Source: Nitrosomonas europaea (GTDB lineage Bacteria; Pseudomonadota; Gammaproteobacteria; Burkholderiales; Nitrosomonadaceae). From it: a stretch of 21,481 nucleotides of DNA. Position numbers and translations under genes: made by a program. Below, piece by piece: positions 10,045 to 19,476 of this stretch; the first letter of the stretch is position 1, and the number at the start of each line of letters is the position of its first letter. Location: positions 1 to 21,481 of the forward strand of contig NZ_FUWK01000044.1 in the NCBI RefSeq assembly GCF_900167395.1, read 5' to 3'. The notes beneath the pieces are model-generated. The model was not told the DNA's origin. It made no database searches and saw only the letters and a program-made list of their open reading frames with translations.

Positions 10045-11923
10045 CGCTACCGATCTACTGGATGAACTCAATGCGGTGGACGAGTCTGCCCGTATCGAAG
10101 CCAAGCGTGCCAGCGACATGGGTAAATCGGTGATGGAAACGGTCATCGCCTTTGCCAACGAGCCCGGCCTGGATGGCGGCTACCTGCTACTGGGCGTGGA
10201 CTGGGCGATCAACGACAAGGGCGATACCGTGTACCGGCCGGTGGGGTTGCCCGATCCGGACAAGGTGCAGCGTGATCTCGCCAGCCAGTGTGCCAGCATG
10301 CTCAACGTCGCTCTGCGGCCAGAGATGCAGTTGGAGCAGGTGGGTGGCAAGACGCTGCTGGTGGTGTATGTGCCCGAGGCTGACGTCACTCACAAACCCA
10401 TCTACAAAAAAGCCACGGGCCTACCAGGCGGCGCTTACCGCCGCATCGGCTCAAGCGACCAGCGCTGCGTCGATGAAGACCTCTGGGTGTTGCGTGGTGA
10501 AAGCCAGCCCTTGCATGGCCCTGATTCAAGCATTCTTTCTGATGCCCGCGCCGACGACTTTGACCCGACCGCCATTGCCGCGTATCGGCGTGAGCGTGCC
10601 CGCATCAACCCCCAGGCCGAAGAGCTGGACTATGGCGACGAAGACATGCTCGAAGCGCTGGGGGCACTAAGGCGTGTGGATGGTGTTTTGCAACCCACAT
10701 TGGCTGGCATCGTTTTGTTCGGTAAACCGCTAGCTTTGCGCAGATTGCTGCCCATGGTGCGTATTGACTACATACGTGTACCGGGCAACGAATGGGTCGA
10801 AGATCCAGAAAATCGCTTCCAATCCATCGACATCCGCAAGCCCCTGATGCTGGCATTGCCGCTCGCCGAAGCCAGCATTATTGATGAGCTACCTAAAGGC
10901 TTTCGCCTGCCAGAGGGCCAGCTACAGAGCGTGCAAGAGCCCATTCTGCCGCGCAAGGTGATCCGCGAGGCGCTGGCCAATGCCGCCATGCACCGCAACT
11001 ACACCCTGCACAGCCCGACGCAGATCATTCGCTACAGCAACCGCATCGAAATTCGTAACGTCGGCTACTCCCTCAAGGAGCCAGCGCAGCTGGGCTTGCC
11101 AGGTTCACGTCTGCGCAACCCAGCCATTGCAGCAGTGCTGCATGATCTGCATCTGGCCGAAGCCAAGGGTACGGGGATTCGTGCCATGCGTCGCCTGGCT
11201 GCAGATGCAGGCTTGCCGCTGCCAGAGTTCCACTCAGACCGGCAGGCCAATGAATTTAAGCTCACTCTGTTTCTGCACAACCTGCTCACCGAAGAAGACC
11301 ACACCTGGCTGCGCAATTATGCCGGCAGCACACTGGGCCCCGACGAAGCCAAGGTGCTGATCTATGTGCGGGCAACCGGCGCGGTGGATAACACCGCCTG
11401 CCGCGACTTCTGTGGCTCGGATACCCTGGCCGCCAGCATGGTACTGCGCCGGCTGCGCGACCGGGGCCTGCTTGAGAAGCGGGGTGCAGGCAGTCGCACC
11501 TATTACACCCTGGCCGGTAATGAGCCTCGTCCGACTCTGGAGAGCGCACAGTCAGAGCTGCCGTTGGATGTCCCCGCAGACACCCCTCCTGTTGGCCAGC
11601 CTCAGCCTGCAGAGGCGGTAGCGGGCCAGCAAGCATGCAACCCTCAGCTTGCAACCTTGCCGCCTGAGCTTGCAACCTTACTTGCAACCTTGCAGGGCCG
11701 GATCAGCAGCGAAGCCTTGCGTGACGGCATCCGCCGCCTGTGCCAGTGGGCGCCCCAGAGCGGTGATCAACTTGCAACCTTGCTGGGAAAAGACCGCGAC
11801 TACCTGCGCAACAAACACCTAATACCCATGGTGCGTGACGGCCAATTACGTTTCCGCTACCCGGAAAGCGCCAAACACCCACACCAGGCGTATGTCGCCC
11901 CAGAGGACAAGCGTAATGATTGA
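10037..11923 (+). CDS. AlbA_2 (Schlafen-type DNA-binding) plus HATPase_c_4-like putative regulator, COG2865-type, embedded in the type I R-M operon
   Basis: ATG 10037 is preferred over the track start 9887, which lies inside hsdM. It overlaps the hsdM stop as ATGCGTAG. The N-terminus ESARIEAKRASDMGKSVMETVIAFANEPGLDGGYLLLGV is AlbA_2-like. The central REALANAAMHRNY...NRIEIRNVG...GTGIRAM is HATPase_c_4-like. The C-terminus has wHTH-like segments. Confidence 0.8.
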   Translation: MRSATDLLDELNAVDESARIEAKRASDMGKSVMETVIAFANEPGLDGGYLLLGVDWAINDKGDTVYRPVGLPDPDKVQRDLASQCASMLNVALRPEMQLEQVGGKTLLVVYVPEADVTHKPIYKKATGLPGGAYRRIGSSDQRCVDEDLWVLRGESQPLHGPDSSILSDARADDFDPTAIAAYRRERARINPQAEELDYGDEDMLEALGALRRVDGVLQPTLAGIVLFGKPLALRRLLPMVRIDYIRVPGNEWVEDPENRFQSIDIRKPLMLALPLAEASIIDELPKGFRLPEGQLQSVQEPILPRKVIREALANAAMHRNYTLHSPTQIIRYSNRIEIRNVGYSLKEPAQLGLPGSRLRNPAIAAVLHDLHLAEAKGTGIRAMRRLAADAGLPLPEFHSDRQANEFKLTLFLHNLLTEEDHTWLRNYAGSTLGPDEAKVLIYVRATGAVDNTACRDFCGSDTLAASMVLRRLRDRGLLEKRGAGSRTYYTLAGNEPRPTLESAQSELPLDVPADTPPVGQPQPAEAVAGQQACNPQLATLPPELATLLATLQGRISSEALRDGIRRLCQWAPQSGDQLATLLGKDRDYLRNKHLIPMVRDGQLRFRYPESAKHPHQAYVAPEDKRND

Positions 11924-13106
11924 AAGGGACTTAAAGCCTGGCTGGCGTCGAGTGAAGTTTGGCGATGTGGTCCGCCAATGCAAAGAGAAGGCCGATCCCG
12001 AGACCTCTGGCCTTGAGCGTTACATCGCTGGTGACCATATGGACACCGACGACCTTCGACTCCGTCGCTGGGGTGAGATTGGCTCGGGTTACTTGGGGCC
12101 AGCCTTCCACATGCGCTTCAAGCCCGGACAAGTTCTCTATGGCTCGCGCAGAACCTATCTGCGAAAGGTGGCGGTAGCTGATTTTGAAGGTATCTGTGCG
12201 AACACGACCTTCGTGTTGGAGCCGCATAACCCCAATGAACTTCTGCCGGAGTTTCTGCCGTTCCTGATGCAGACTGAGGCATTCAACGACTTCTCGGTTA
12301 AGAACTCAAAGGGATCAGTCAATCCCTACATCAACTTTTCTGATTTGGCGAAGTTTGAGTTTGTACTGCCACCCATTGATGAGCAGCAATCAGCCATAGC
12401 CCTACTAAGCGCCGCAACCGACCAGTGCCATGCCGTCGAAGCTGCACATCGCGCTGCAGGCCGGATGCTGCAGTCGTTCAAGGATTCACTGCTTCTGCGC
12501 AAAACATCGTCCTTAGCAAATTCCTTTCTCCTGGGCGACCTCTTATTGAGGTCACCGGAAAGCGGCTGCAGTGCGCCGCCAAAGGATGCCGACACAGGCT
12601 ATTTCGTACTCGGATTGGCTGCACTGTCTCGCGATGGATATGTATCAGGGGACTTCAAGCCCGTCGAGCCAACAAGCAAGATGGTCGCGGCAAAACTCTC
12701 TATGGGCGACATGCTGATTTCTCGCTCCAATACAGTGGATCGAGTTGGGTTCGTTGGGATTTTCAGCGATAACCGTGATGACGTGTCCTTTCCGGACACG
12801 ATGATGCGTCTCCAGCCAAACCCTGCACTGGTTCACCCGCATTTCTTGGAGGCCTTGTTACAGACCACATCTGCCCGCGAATTCCTAATGCGAATTGCAG
12901 CGGGCACCAGTGCGAGCATGAAGAAGATCAATCGTGCCAACCTGCTGCAGATGCGCTTGAACGTGCCGGATCTTGATGTCCAGGAAATGGCGCTCGATGA
13001 ACTGCAGCAATTTAAAAACGCGATTGCAACGCAAAAGGCACGCTGGGATGCCGCGCGGCAGCTAACAAGACTCATTGCCATGAGAACAATTGGGGGAGCG
13101 GCATAG
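11916..13106 (+). CDS. hsdS: Type I R-M specificity subunit HsdS (two target-recognition domains)
   Basis: ATG 11916 (MIERDLKPGWRRVKFGDV...) overlaps the upstream stop as ATGATTGA. The track start 11835 lies inside the upstream gene. It has two TRD-like halves separated by a conserved helical spacer (LPPIDEQQSAIALLSAATDQ...) and a second spacer at the C-terminus. It looks AT-richer than its neighbours, as is usual for hsdS. Confidence 0.9.
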   Translation: MIERDLKPGWRRVKFGDVVRQCKEKADPETSGLERYIAGDHMDTDDLRLRRWGEIGSGYLGPAFHMRFKPGQVLYGSRRTYLRKVAVADFEGICANTTFVLEPHNPNELLPEFLPFLMQTEAFNDFSVKNSKGSVNPYINFSDLAKFEFVLPPIDEQQSAIALLSAATDQCHAVEAAHRAAGRMLQSFKDSLLLRKTSSLANSFLLGDLLLRSPESGCSAPPKDADTGYFVLGLAALSRDGYVSGDFKPVEPTSKMVAAKLSMGDMLISRSNTVDRVGFVGIFSDNRDDVSFPDTMMRLQPNPALVHPHFLEALLQTTSAREFLMRIAAGTSASMKKINRANLLQMRLNVPDLDVQEMALDELQQFKNAIATQKARWDAARQLTRLIAMRTIGGAA

Positions 13107-16105
13107 TGTTTAACGAATCCAACACCGTCGAAGCCTATGTCCGCGATCTGCTCGCCGGCCCAATCAAGGCGGTTCCGGTCAACACCGCCCAGGAACCTCA
13201 AGCCAGCTATGGTCCCAGCCCCAAAGGCGTTGGCTGGCGCTACGCTGCTCCGTCTGAGGTGCCGCGCCAGAATCAGGAAGTGCTGGTCGAGCCGTGGCTG
13301 CGCGAGGCGCTGATTCGGCTGAACCCGGAGATTGCCGCCCAGCCCGACCGCGCCGACGAGGTGCTCTACAAGTTGCGCGCCATCGTGCTCTCGGTGCGAT
13401 CGGATGGGCTGATCCGCGCCAACGAGGAAATGACCGCGTGGATGCGCGGTGAGCGCTCGATGCCCTTCGGCGCCAACAACGAGCATGTGCCGGTGCGGCT
13501 GATCGACCTGGATGATCTGTCGCAAAACCACTACATCGTCACCCAACAATACACCTACCGTGCTGGCCCCACCGAACGCCGGGCTGATCTGGTGCTGCTG
13601 GTGAATGGCCTGCCGCTGGTACTGATCGAGGCCAAGACGCCGGTCAAGAAGTGCATCAGCTGGGTCGACGCTGCGGTGCAGGTGCACGACGACTACGAGA
13701 AATTCGTGCCGGAGCTGTTCGTTTGCAACGTGTTCTCGGTGGCCACCGAGGGCAAGGCGTACCGCTATGGCTCCATTGGGCTACCAGTCAAGGACTGGGG
13801 GCCGTGGCATCTGGATGGTGATGGCGAGGATGGTCAGCACCATCCGCTGAAGTCGCTCAAGCTGTCGGCCGAGAGCATGCTGCGCCCGCATGTGGTGCTG
13901 GATATTCTGGGCAGCTTCACGCTGTTTGCCACCAACAAGAAAAAGCAGCGCATCAAGATCATTTGTCGCTACCAGCAGTTTGAAGCGGCCAACAAGATCG
14001 TCGAGCGCGTGCTGGCCGGTTACCCCAGGAAAGGGCTGATCTGGCACTTCCAGGGTTCGGGCAAGTCGCTGCTGATGGTGTTTGCCGCGCAGAAGCTGCG
14101 CATGCATGCCGGCCTAAAGAATCCCACCGTGCTGATCGTGGTGGACCGGATCGATCTCGACAGCCAGATCACGGGTACGTTCACCGGGGCGGACATTCCC
14201 AATCTGGAAAAGGCGGATACCCGCGAGAAGCTGCAGCAGCTGCTGGCGCAGGACGTGCGCAAGATCATCATCACCACGATCTTCAAGTTCGGCGAGGCGC
14301 CCAACGGAAAATCGGGCAGCCTGAACGACCGCAGCAACATCATCGCCCTGGTGGACGAAGCCCATCGCACGCAAGAAGGTGATCTGGGCCGCAAGATGCG
14401 TGAGGCCCTGCCCAACGCGTTTCTGTTCGGCCTGACCGGTACGCCGATCAACCGCGCCGACCGCAACACCTTCTACGCCTTCGGTGCCGACGAGGACGAA
14501 AAGGGCTACATGAGCCGGTACGGCTTCGAAGAGTCGATCCGCGACGGTGCCACGCTGAAACTGCACTTCGAACCGCGCTTGATCGATCTGCACATCGACA
14601 AGGCAGCGCTGGACGCCGCCTACAAAGACCTGACCGGCGGCCTGTCGGATCTCGACAAGGACAACCTCGCAAAGACCGCCGCCAAGATGGCCGTGCTGGT
14701 GAAGACGCCCGAGCGCATCCGCAAAGTCTGTGAGGACATCGTCGAGCACTTCCAGACCAAGGTGGAGCCCAACGGCTTCAAGGGCCAGATCGTCACCTTC
14801 GACCGGGAATCCTGCCTGCTGTTCAAGGCCGAGCTGGACAAGCTGCTGCCGCCCGAGGCCACGGACATCGTCATGTCGGTGCAGGCGGCGGACAAGAAGG
14901 AACATCCAGAGTACGCGCCCTACGACCGAAGCCGCGACGAAGAAGAACGACTGCTGGATCGCTTCCGCGACCCGGCCGACCCGCTGAAGCTGATCATTGT
15001 CACGGCCAAGCTGCTGACCGGCTTCGACGCGCCGATCTTGCAGGCCATGTACCTGGACAAGCCGCTGCGGGACCACACGCTGCTGCAGGCCATCTGCCGA
15101 GTGAACCGCACCTACTCCGAACAGAAGACCCACGGCCTGATCGTCGACTACCTCGGCATCTTCGATGACGTGGCGGCAGCGCTGGAATTCGACGACCAGA
15201 GCGTCAAGCAGGTGGTGAGCAACATTCAGGAGCTGAAGGACAAGCTGCCCGAAGCCATGCAGAAATGCCTGGCCTTCTTTGCCGGCTGCGACCGCAGCGT
15301 GCAAGGCTATGAGGGCCTGATCGCCGCGCAGCAGTGTCTGCCCAATAACGAGGTAAGAGACAACTTTGCCGCTGAGTACAGCGTGCTCAACAAGATCTGG
15401 GAGGCGCTGTCACCGGACACCGTTCTGGGCCCCTTCGAAAAGGACTACAAGTGGTTGTCGCAGGTGTACCAGTCGGTGCAGCCCTCCAGTGGCCACGGCA
15501 AGCTGATCTGGCACTCGCTGGGCGCCAAGACCATCGAGCTGATCCACCAGAACGTGCATGTGGACGCCGTGCGGGATGACCTCGACACCCTGGTGCTGGA
15601 CGCTGATCTGCTGGAGGCCGTGCTGTCGAACCCCGACCCGAAGAAGGCCAAGGAGATCGAGATCAAGCTCAAGCGCCGGCTGCGCGGGCATGGCGGCAAC
15701 CCCAAGTTCAAGAAGCTGTCGGAGCGGCTCGATGCGCTAAAGGACCGGTTCGAGTCTGGCCAGATCAACAGCGTCGAGTTTCTGAAGCAGTTGCTGGAGA
15801 TCGCCAAGGAGACGCTGCAAGCCGAGAAGGAGGTCCCGCCTGAAGAGGACGAGGATCGCGGCAAGGCGGCGCTCACCGAACTATTCAACGAGATCAAGAC
15901 GGCCGAGACGCCCATCATGGTCGAACGCGTGGTCGCGGACATCGACGAGATTGTGCGACTGGTCCGTTTCCCGGGCTGGCAAGGCACGCAGGCCGGTGAG
16001 CGTGAAGTCAAGAAGGCCCTGCGCAAAGCCCTCTTCAAATACAAGCTGCATGCGGATGAAGAGCTGTTCGAGAAGGCCTACAGCTACATCCGGCAGTATT
16101 ACTAA
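13106..16105 (+). CDS. hsdR: Type I restriction enzyme R subunit HsdR (nuclease plus SF2 translocase)
   Basis: GTG start overlaps the hsdS TAG by 1 nt. PD-(D/E)xK region: RADLVLLVNGLPLVLIEAKTP. Helicase motifs: HFQGSGKSLLM, ALVDEAHRTQ, FGLTGTP, TAKLLTGFDAP, QAICRVNR. Length 999 aa. Confidence 0.95.
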   Translation: MFNESNTVEAYVRDLLAGPIKAVPVNTAQEPQASYGPSPKGVGWRYAAPSEVPRQNQEVLVEPWLREALIRLNPEIAAQPDRADEVLYKLRAIVLSVRSDGLIRANEEMTAWMRGERSMPFGANNEHVPVRLIDLDDLSQNHYIVTQQYTYRAGPTERRADLVLLVNGLPLVLIEAKTPVKKCISWVDAAVQVHDDYEKFVPELFVCNVFSVATEGKAYRYGSIGLPVKDWGPWHLDGDGEDGQHHPLKSLKLSAESMLRPHVVLDILGSFTLFATNKKKQRIKIICRYQQFEAANKIVERVLAGYPRKGLIWHFQGSGKSLLMVFAAQKLRMHAGLKNPTVLIVVDRIDLDSQITGTFTGADIPNLEKADTREKLQQLLAQDVRKIIITTIFKFGEAPNGKSGSLNDRSNIIALVDEAHRTQEGDLGRKMREALPNAFLFGLTGTPINRADRNTFYAFGADEDEKGYMSRYGFEESIRDGATLKLHFEPRLIDLHIDKAALDAAYKDLTGGLSDLDKDNLAKTAAKMAVLVKTPERIRKVCEDIVEHFQTKVEPNGFKGQIVTFDRESCLLFKAELDKLLPPEATDIVMSVQAADKKEHPEYAPYDRSRDEEERLLDRFRDPADPLKLIIVTAKLLTGFDAPILQAMYLDKPLRDHTLLQAICRVNRTYSEQKTHGLIVDYLGIFDDVAAALEFDDQSVKQVVSNIQELKDKLPEAMQKCLAFFAGCDRSVQGYEGLIAAQQCLPNNEVRDNFAAEYSVLNKIWEALSPDTVLGPFEKDYKWLSQVYQSVQPSSGHGKLIWHSLGAKTIELIHQNVHVDAVRDDLDTLVLDADLLEAVLSNPDPKKAKEIEIKLKRRLRGHGGNPKFKKLSERLDALKDRFESGQINSVEFLKQLLEIAKETLQAEKEVPPEEDEDRGKAALTELFNEIKTAETPIMVERVVADIDEIVRLVRFPGWQGTQAGEREVKKALRKALFKYKLHADEELFEKAYSYIRQYY

Positions 16106-16117
16106 AGGGGGCGGGGG

Positions 16118-18340
16118 ATGACCACTCAGACGATAGATAGTGCACCGCATGCAACCTGGTTTGTCGGCGCCAGCTACGGCGGTACCGATGATCAGATGCC
16201 GCGATTTCTTGCGGAAGGAATTTGGGAGAACGGCTACGACGACAAGCTCCTCGAAGTGGTGCGTTCCATGCGCCCGGGAGAGCGGATCGCCATCAAGTCG
16301 TCTTACACGCGAAAGCACGGTCTGCCTTTCGATAGCCGAGGCCGAGCGGTTTCGGTTATGGGCATCAAGGCGGTCGGCACGATCACTGAAAACCTGAACG
16401 ACGGGAAGCGGGTGAAGGTGGACTGGGCCAAGGTCGAGCCAGTACGGGAGTGGTACTTCTACACTCACCGAGCAACGATCTGGCGTGTGCTGCCCGGCGA
16501 ATGGATGAACGATGCGCTGATTGCATTTGCGTTTGACGGCAAGCCGCAGGATGTAGATCGCTTTCGCAACGAGCCCTTTTGGCGGGAGCGTTACGGCACG
16601 ACTTCGCCAGAAAAGCAGCGCTTCGAGTGGACGGACTTCTACGAGGCAGTGGCCGAAAAGCTGCTGGCCCACGCAGACGATCGAACTCCGCTCATCGAGG
16701 GCATCCACGAGATCGCGTCCCGGGTGCCGGGGCTGACCTATCTCCAGGATAAGTTTCCTGATGGAACCAGTGGTCCGCTGCGGGACATTTGCCCATTCAC
16801 CACGATGGGCACCTTTAACCGATCCATGACCGATGCCAACCGCAAGACCCTCGCGGGTGAACTTGCCAAGCTGCTGGGTGTCACGGTGCCGGTCCCGCCT
16901 TCATTCGAGGGCATCCCCGTCCTCAACAACCAACGCTCCTGGTTTTTCGCCTATGCCGACAAGCGTGGTGCGGGCGACATCGACGCGCTATGGAAGGTAT
17001 TCGTTGCCGCGAGCAAGATGGTCGATGGCGACCAGTTGGACACTCGCGATGCCTTCATCCGGGCTTATGATGAGGCAACCCAAGTGTGGGGTGTCGCATG
17101 GAACCTTTCGACAGGTCTCTACTGGGCGCATCCGTGGGAATTCCTGACCTTGGATAGCCAGTCGCGCCACTACATCAACAAGCGGCTCGGCCTGAATGTC
17201 GCCATCAGTGGTCAGCAAGGCCCATGTGATGGTCGGGCCTATTTGAAGCTGCTGGACGATTTGCGTTCGCGCTTCGGCGAAGACGGCTATCCCGTCCACA
17301 GTTTCCCGGACTTGTCTCTTGCGTCCTGGATGTACAAAGACCCGGTTGACGAGCCTGTGCCGGCTGGCGATATCGGTACCAATGCCGGAGCCGAACAGGA
17401 AACTGAAGGCGAAGTTCGCGAAGCCTTTCAGGTGGCAGCGCCAATCGTTCCCTACTCGGTGGAGGACATCCTCAAGGACGGCTGTTTCCTGGAGCGGGCC
17501 GAGATTGACCGCTTGCTCGATCGTCTGCGCACAAAAAAGAACCTCATCCTTCAGGGGCCTCCGGGCACGGGCAAGACCTGGCTGGCCAAACGGCTCGCGT
17601 TCGCGCTCATGGGCCAGAAGGACGACAGCAAGGTCCGTGCAGTGCAGTTCCACCCCAACCTGTCCTACGAGGACTTTGTTCGAGGGTGGCGCCCCACTGG
17701 CGAAGGCAAGTTGTCGCTGGCGGACGGCGTCTTCATGGAAGCTATCAAGGCCGCATCGAAGGACCCTTCGTCGAAGTTTGTCGTGGTGATCGAGGAGATC
17801 AACCGTGGCAACCCGGCGCAGATCTTCGGCGAGTTGCTGACGCTGCTTGAGGCCGGCAAACGGACACCCAACGAAGCGCTGGAACTCTGCTATCCGGATG
17901 CGGACGGCAAACGCCGTCCCGTCCATATTCCCGAGAATCTCTATGTGGTCGGCACCATGAATATCGCCGACCGATCACTTGCACTGGTCGATCTGGCATT
18001 GCGTCGCCGCTTTGCTTTCGTTGGGCTGGAGCCAAGACTGGGCCAGGTTTGGCGGGATTGGGTGGTCAAGGAGTGTGCTGTCGATCCGGGTTTGGTCGCG
18101 GATATCGAGCGCCGTATCGCCGAGCTGAACGACCAGATCGCGGCGGACGCGCGCCTTGGCAAGCAATTCCGAATTGGTCACAGCTATGTGACCCCTGCAC
18201 ATCGACTGGAAGCCGGAGACACGAAGAAGTGGTTCCTGCAGGTCGTGGAAACGGAGATCGGCCCGTTGCTGGATGAATACTGGTTCGACGCGCCCGACGA
18301 AGCACAAAAGGCGATTGCACGGCTGACGCAGGGCTGGTGA
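16118..18340 (+). CDS. mcrB: McrB-like AAA+ GTPase subunit of a type IV (modification-dependent) restriction system, with a ~470-aa N-terminal extension
   Basis: McrB signatures: LILQGPPGTGKTW, VVVIEEINRGNPAQIFGELLTLLE, VGTMNIADRSLALVDLALRRRFAF. The N-terminal ~150 aa look like a small beta-barrel reader (RPGERIAIKSSY...VMGIKAVGTITEN...VKVDW). The start lies 12 nt after the hsdR stop, behind a GGGGGCGGGGG ribosome-binding site. Confidence 0.9.
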   Translation: MTTQTIDSAPHATWFVGASYGGTDDQMPRFLAEGIWENGYDDKLLEVVRSMRPGERIAIKSSYTRKHGLPFDSRGRAVSVMGIKAVGTITENLNDGKRVKVDWAKVEPVREWYFYTHRATIWRVLPGEWMNDALIAFAFDGKPQDVDRFRNEPFWRERYGTTSPEKQRFEWTDFYEAVAEKLLAHADDRTPLIEGIHEIASRVPGLTYLQDKFPDGTSGPLRDICPFTTMGTFNRSMTDANRKTLAGELAKLLGVTVPVPPSFEGIPVLNNQRSWFFAYADKRGAGDIDALWKVFVAASKMVDGDQLDTRDAFIRAYDEATQVWGVAWNLSTGLYWAHPWEFLTLDSQSRHYINKRLGLNVAISGQQGPCDGRAYLKLLDDLRSRFGEDGYPVHSFPDLSLASWMYKDPVDEPVPAGDIGTNAGAEQETEGEVREAFQVAAPIVPYSVEDILKDGCFLERAEIDRLLDRLRTKKNLILQGPPGTGKTWLAKRLAFALMGQKDDSKVRAVQFHPNLSYEDFVRGWRPTGEGKLSLADGVFMEAIKAASKDPSSKFVVVIEEINRGNPAQIFGELLTLLEAGKRTPNEALELCYPDADGKRRPVHIPENLYVVGTMNIADRSLALVDLALRRRFAFVGLEPRLGQVWRDWVVKECAVDPGLVADIERRIAELNDQIAADARLGKQFRIGHSYVTPAHRLEAGDTKKWFLQVVETEIGPLLDEYWFDAPDEAQKAIARLTQGW

Positions 18341-19476
18341 TGACCGCCGTCGCAGAACAGGAGGAAAGTGCATCCAACAGCGCTGAGGGGTTCATCGGAC
18401 GCATTCCGGTGCGCAACCTCTGGCTGCTGATGCTCTACGCCTCTGACCTGTTCCGCACTCGCGGCATCGGCAAGATCGGCTTGGAAGACAGCCCGGACGA
18501 TCTACCGGATCTAGTCGCGGAGATCCTTGCCCACGCGGTTGAGGTGCGACAGCGTCGCCGCTTGAGTCTTGGATATCGATCTCGTGATGCAGTCATCAAT
18601 CGCGTGCGTGGCCGGATCGACGTCCTGACCACCGAACGCCATCAGTTGATGGATAGAGGCCTGGTGGCGTGCTGGTTCGACGAACTCACCATCGACACCC
18701 CACGCAATCGTTTCGTCCGAGCAGCCTTGGAGTCCATCTCCAGGATCGTTCAGAGGAAGGACGTTGCCCATCGGTGCCGCGCACTTGCGGGTGGCATGAA
18801 GGCAATGGGTGTATCAGGGGATGCACCGGCCCGCGCCCAAATGAGCACCGATCGCTTCGGCCGTAACGATGCGGACGACCGGTTCATGGTGGCAGCCGCA
18901 AAGCTGGCACTCGATCTGGCACTGCCTACGGAAGCGTCGGGTGCGAATGTGCTCTCTCTGCCGGACCGAGAAGCGACATGGGTACGCCGTTTGTTCGAGC
19001 GAGCGGTGGGCGGCTTCTACGAAGTCGTATTGAGTCCGCAGGGCTGGCGGGTGCTATGCGGCGGGACGATGGGCTGGCAGATCGAGCAGAGGACAGCAGG
19101 GATCGACAAGATCCTGCCGACGATGCGAACTGATGTCGTGCTCGACCACCCGTCAACCGGACAAAGGATCGTCATCGATACCAAGTTCACCTCGATTGTG
19201 ACAAGCGGTTGGTACCGTGAGGAAACCCTGCGCAGCGGATACGTGTACCAGATCTACGCCTATCTGCGCTCCCAGGTTGGGTGCGGCGATGCGCTTGCAG
19301 ATCACGCGAGTGGATTGTTGTTGCATCCCGCGATCGGCCAGATGGTCGACGAGACGGCTGTCATCCAAGGGCATCGCATTCGTTTCGCCACCGTGGATCT
19401 GACTGCGTCGACGTCGGATATTCGATTGCAACTGCTGCGATTCTTTGACCCGAACCAGCCAGTGACAGGCCAGTGA
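18337..19476 (+). CDS. mcrC: McrC-like nuclease subunit
   Basis: The start overlaps the mcrB stop (GTG 18337 or ATG 18340). McrC-type motifs: VRGRIDVLTTERHQLMDRGLVACWFDELTIDTPRNRFVRAAL. A PD-(D/E)xK-like core follows: MRTDVVLDH...IVIDTKFTS...YQIYAYL. Confidence 0.85.
   Translation: MMTAVAEQEESASNSAEGFIGRIPVRNLWLLMLYASDLFRTRGIGKIGLEDSPDDLPDLVAEILAHAVEVRQRRRLSLGYRSRDAVINRVRGRIDVLTTERHQLMDRGLVACWFDELTIDTPRNRFVRAALESISRIVQRKDVAHRCRALAGGMKAMGVSGDAPARAQMSTDRFGRNDADDRFMVAAAKLALDLALPTEASGANVLSLPDREATWVRRLFERAVGGFYEVVLSPQGWRVLCGGTMGWQIEQRTAGIDKILPTMRTDVVLDHPSTGQRIVIDTKFTSIVTSGWYREETLRSGYVYQIYAYLRSQVGCGDALADHASGLLLHPAIGQMVDETAVIQGHRIRFATVDLTASTSDIRLQLLRFFDPNQPVTGQ

Noticed and set aside
11835-11915. 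The upstream start of hsdS given in the ORF track (11835)
   Set aside because: This part overlaps the end of the preceding gene and has no HsdS-like sequence. ATG 11916 (MIERDLKPGW...) fits the HsdS N-terminus and gives a coupled ATGATTGA junction.
14114-15304. A large antisense ORF (396 aa) inside hsdR. Similar long antisense or off-frame ORFs occur at 12833-13687, 15445-16044, 15881-16708, 16988-17926, 6742-7434, 7800-8333, 9232-9762, 5932-6393, 19302-19811 and 19830-20546
   Set aside because: These are typical GC-rich shadow ORFs. Their translations are Arg/Ala/Gly/His-rich low-complexity sequence with no recognisable motifs. Each is fully covered by a strongly supported gene on the other strand or in another frame.
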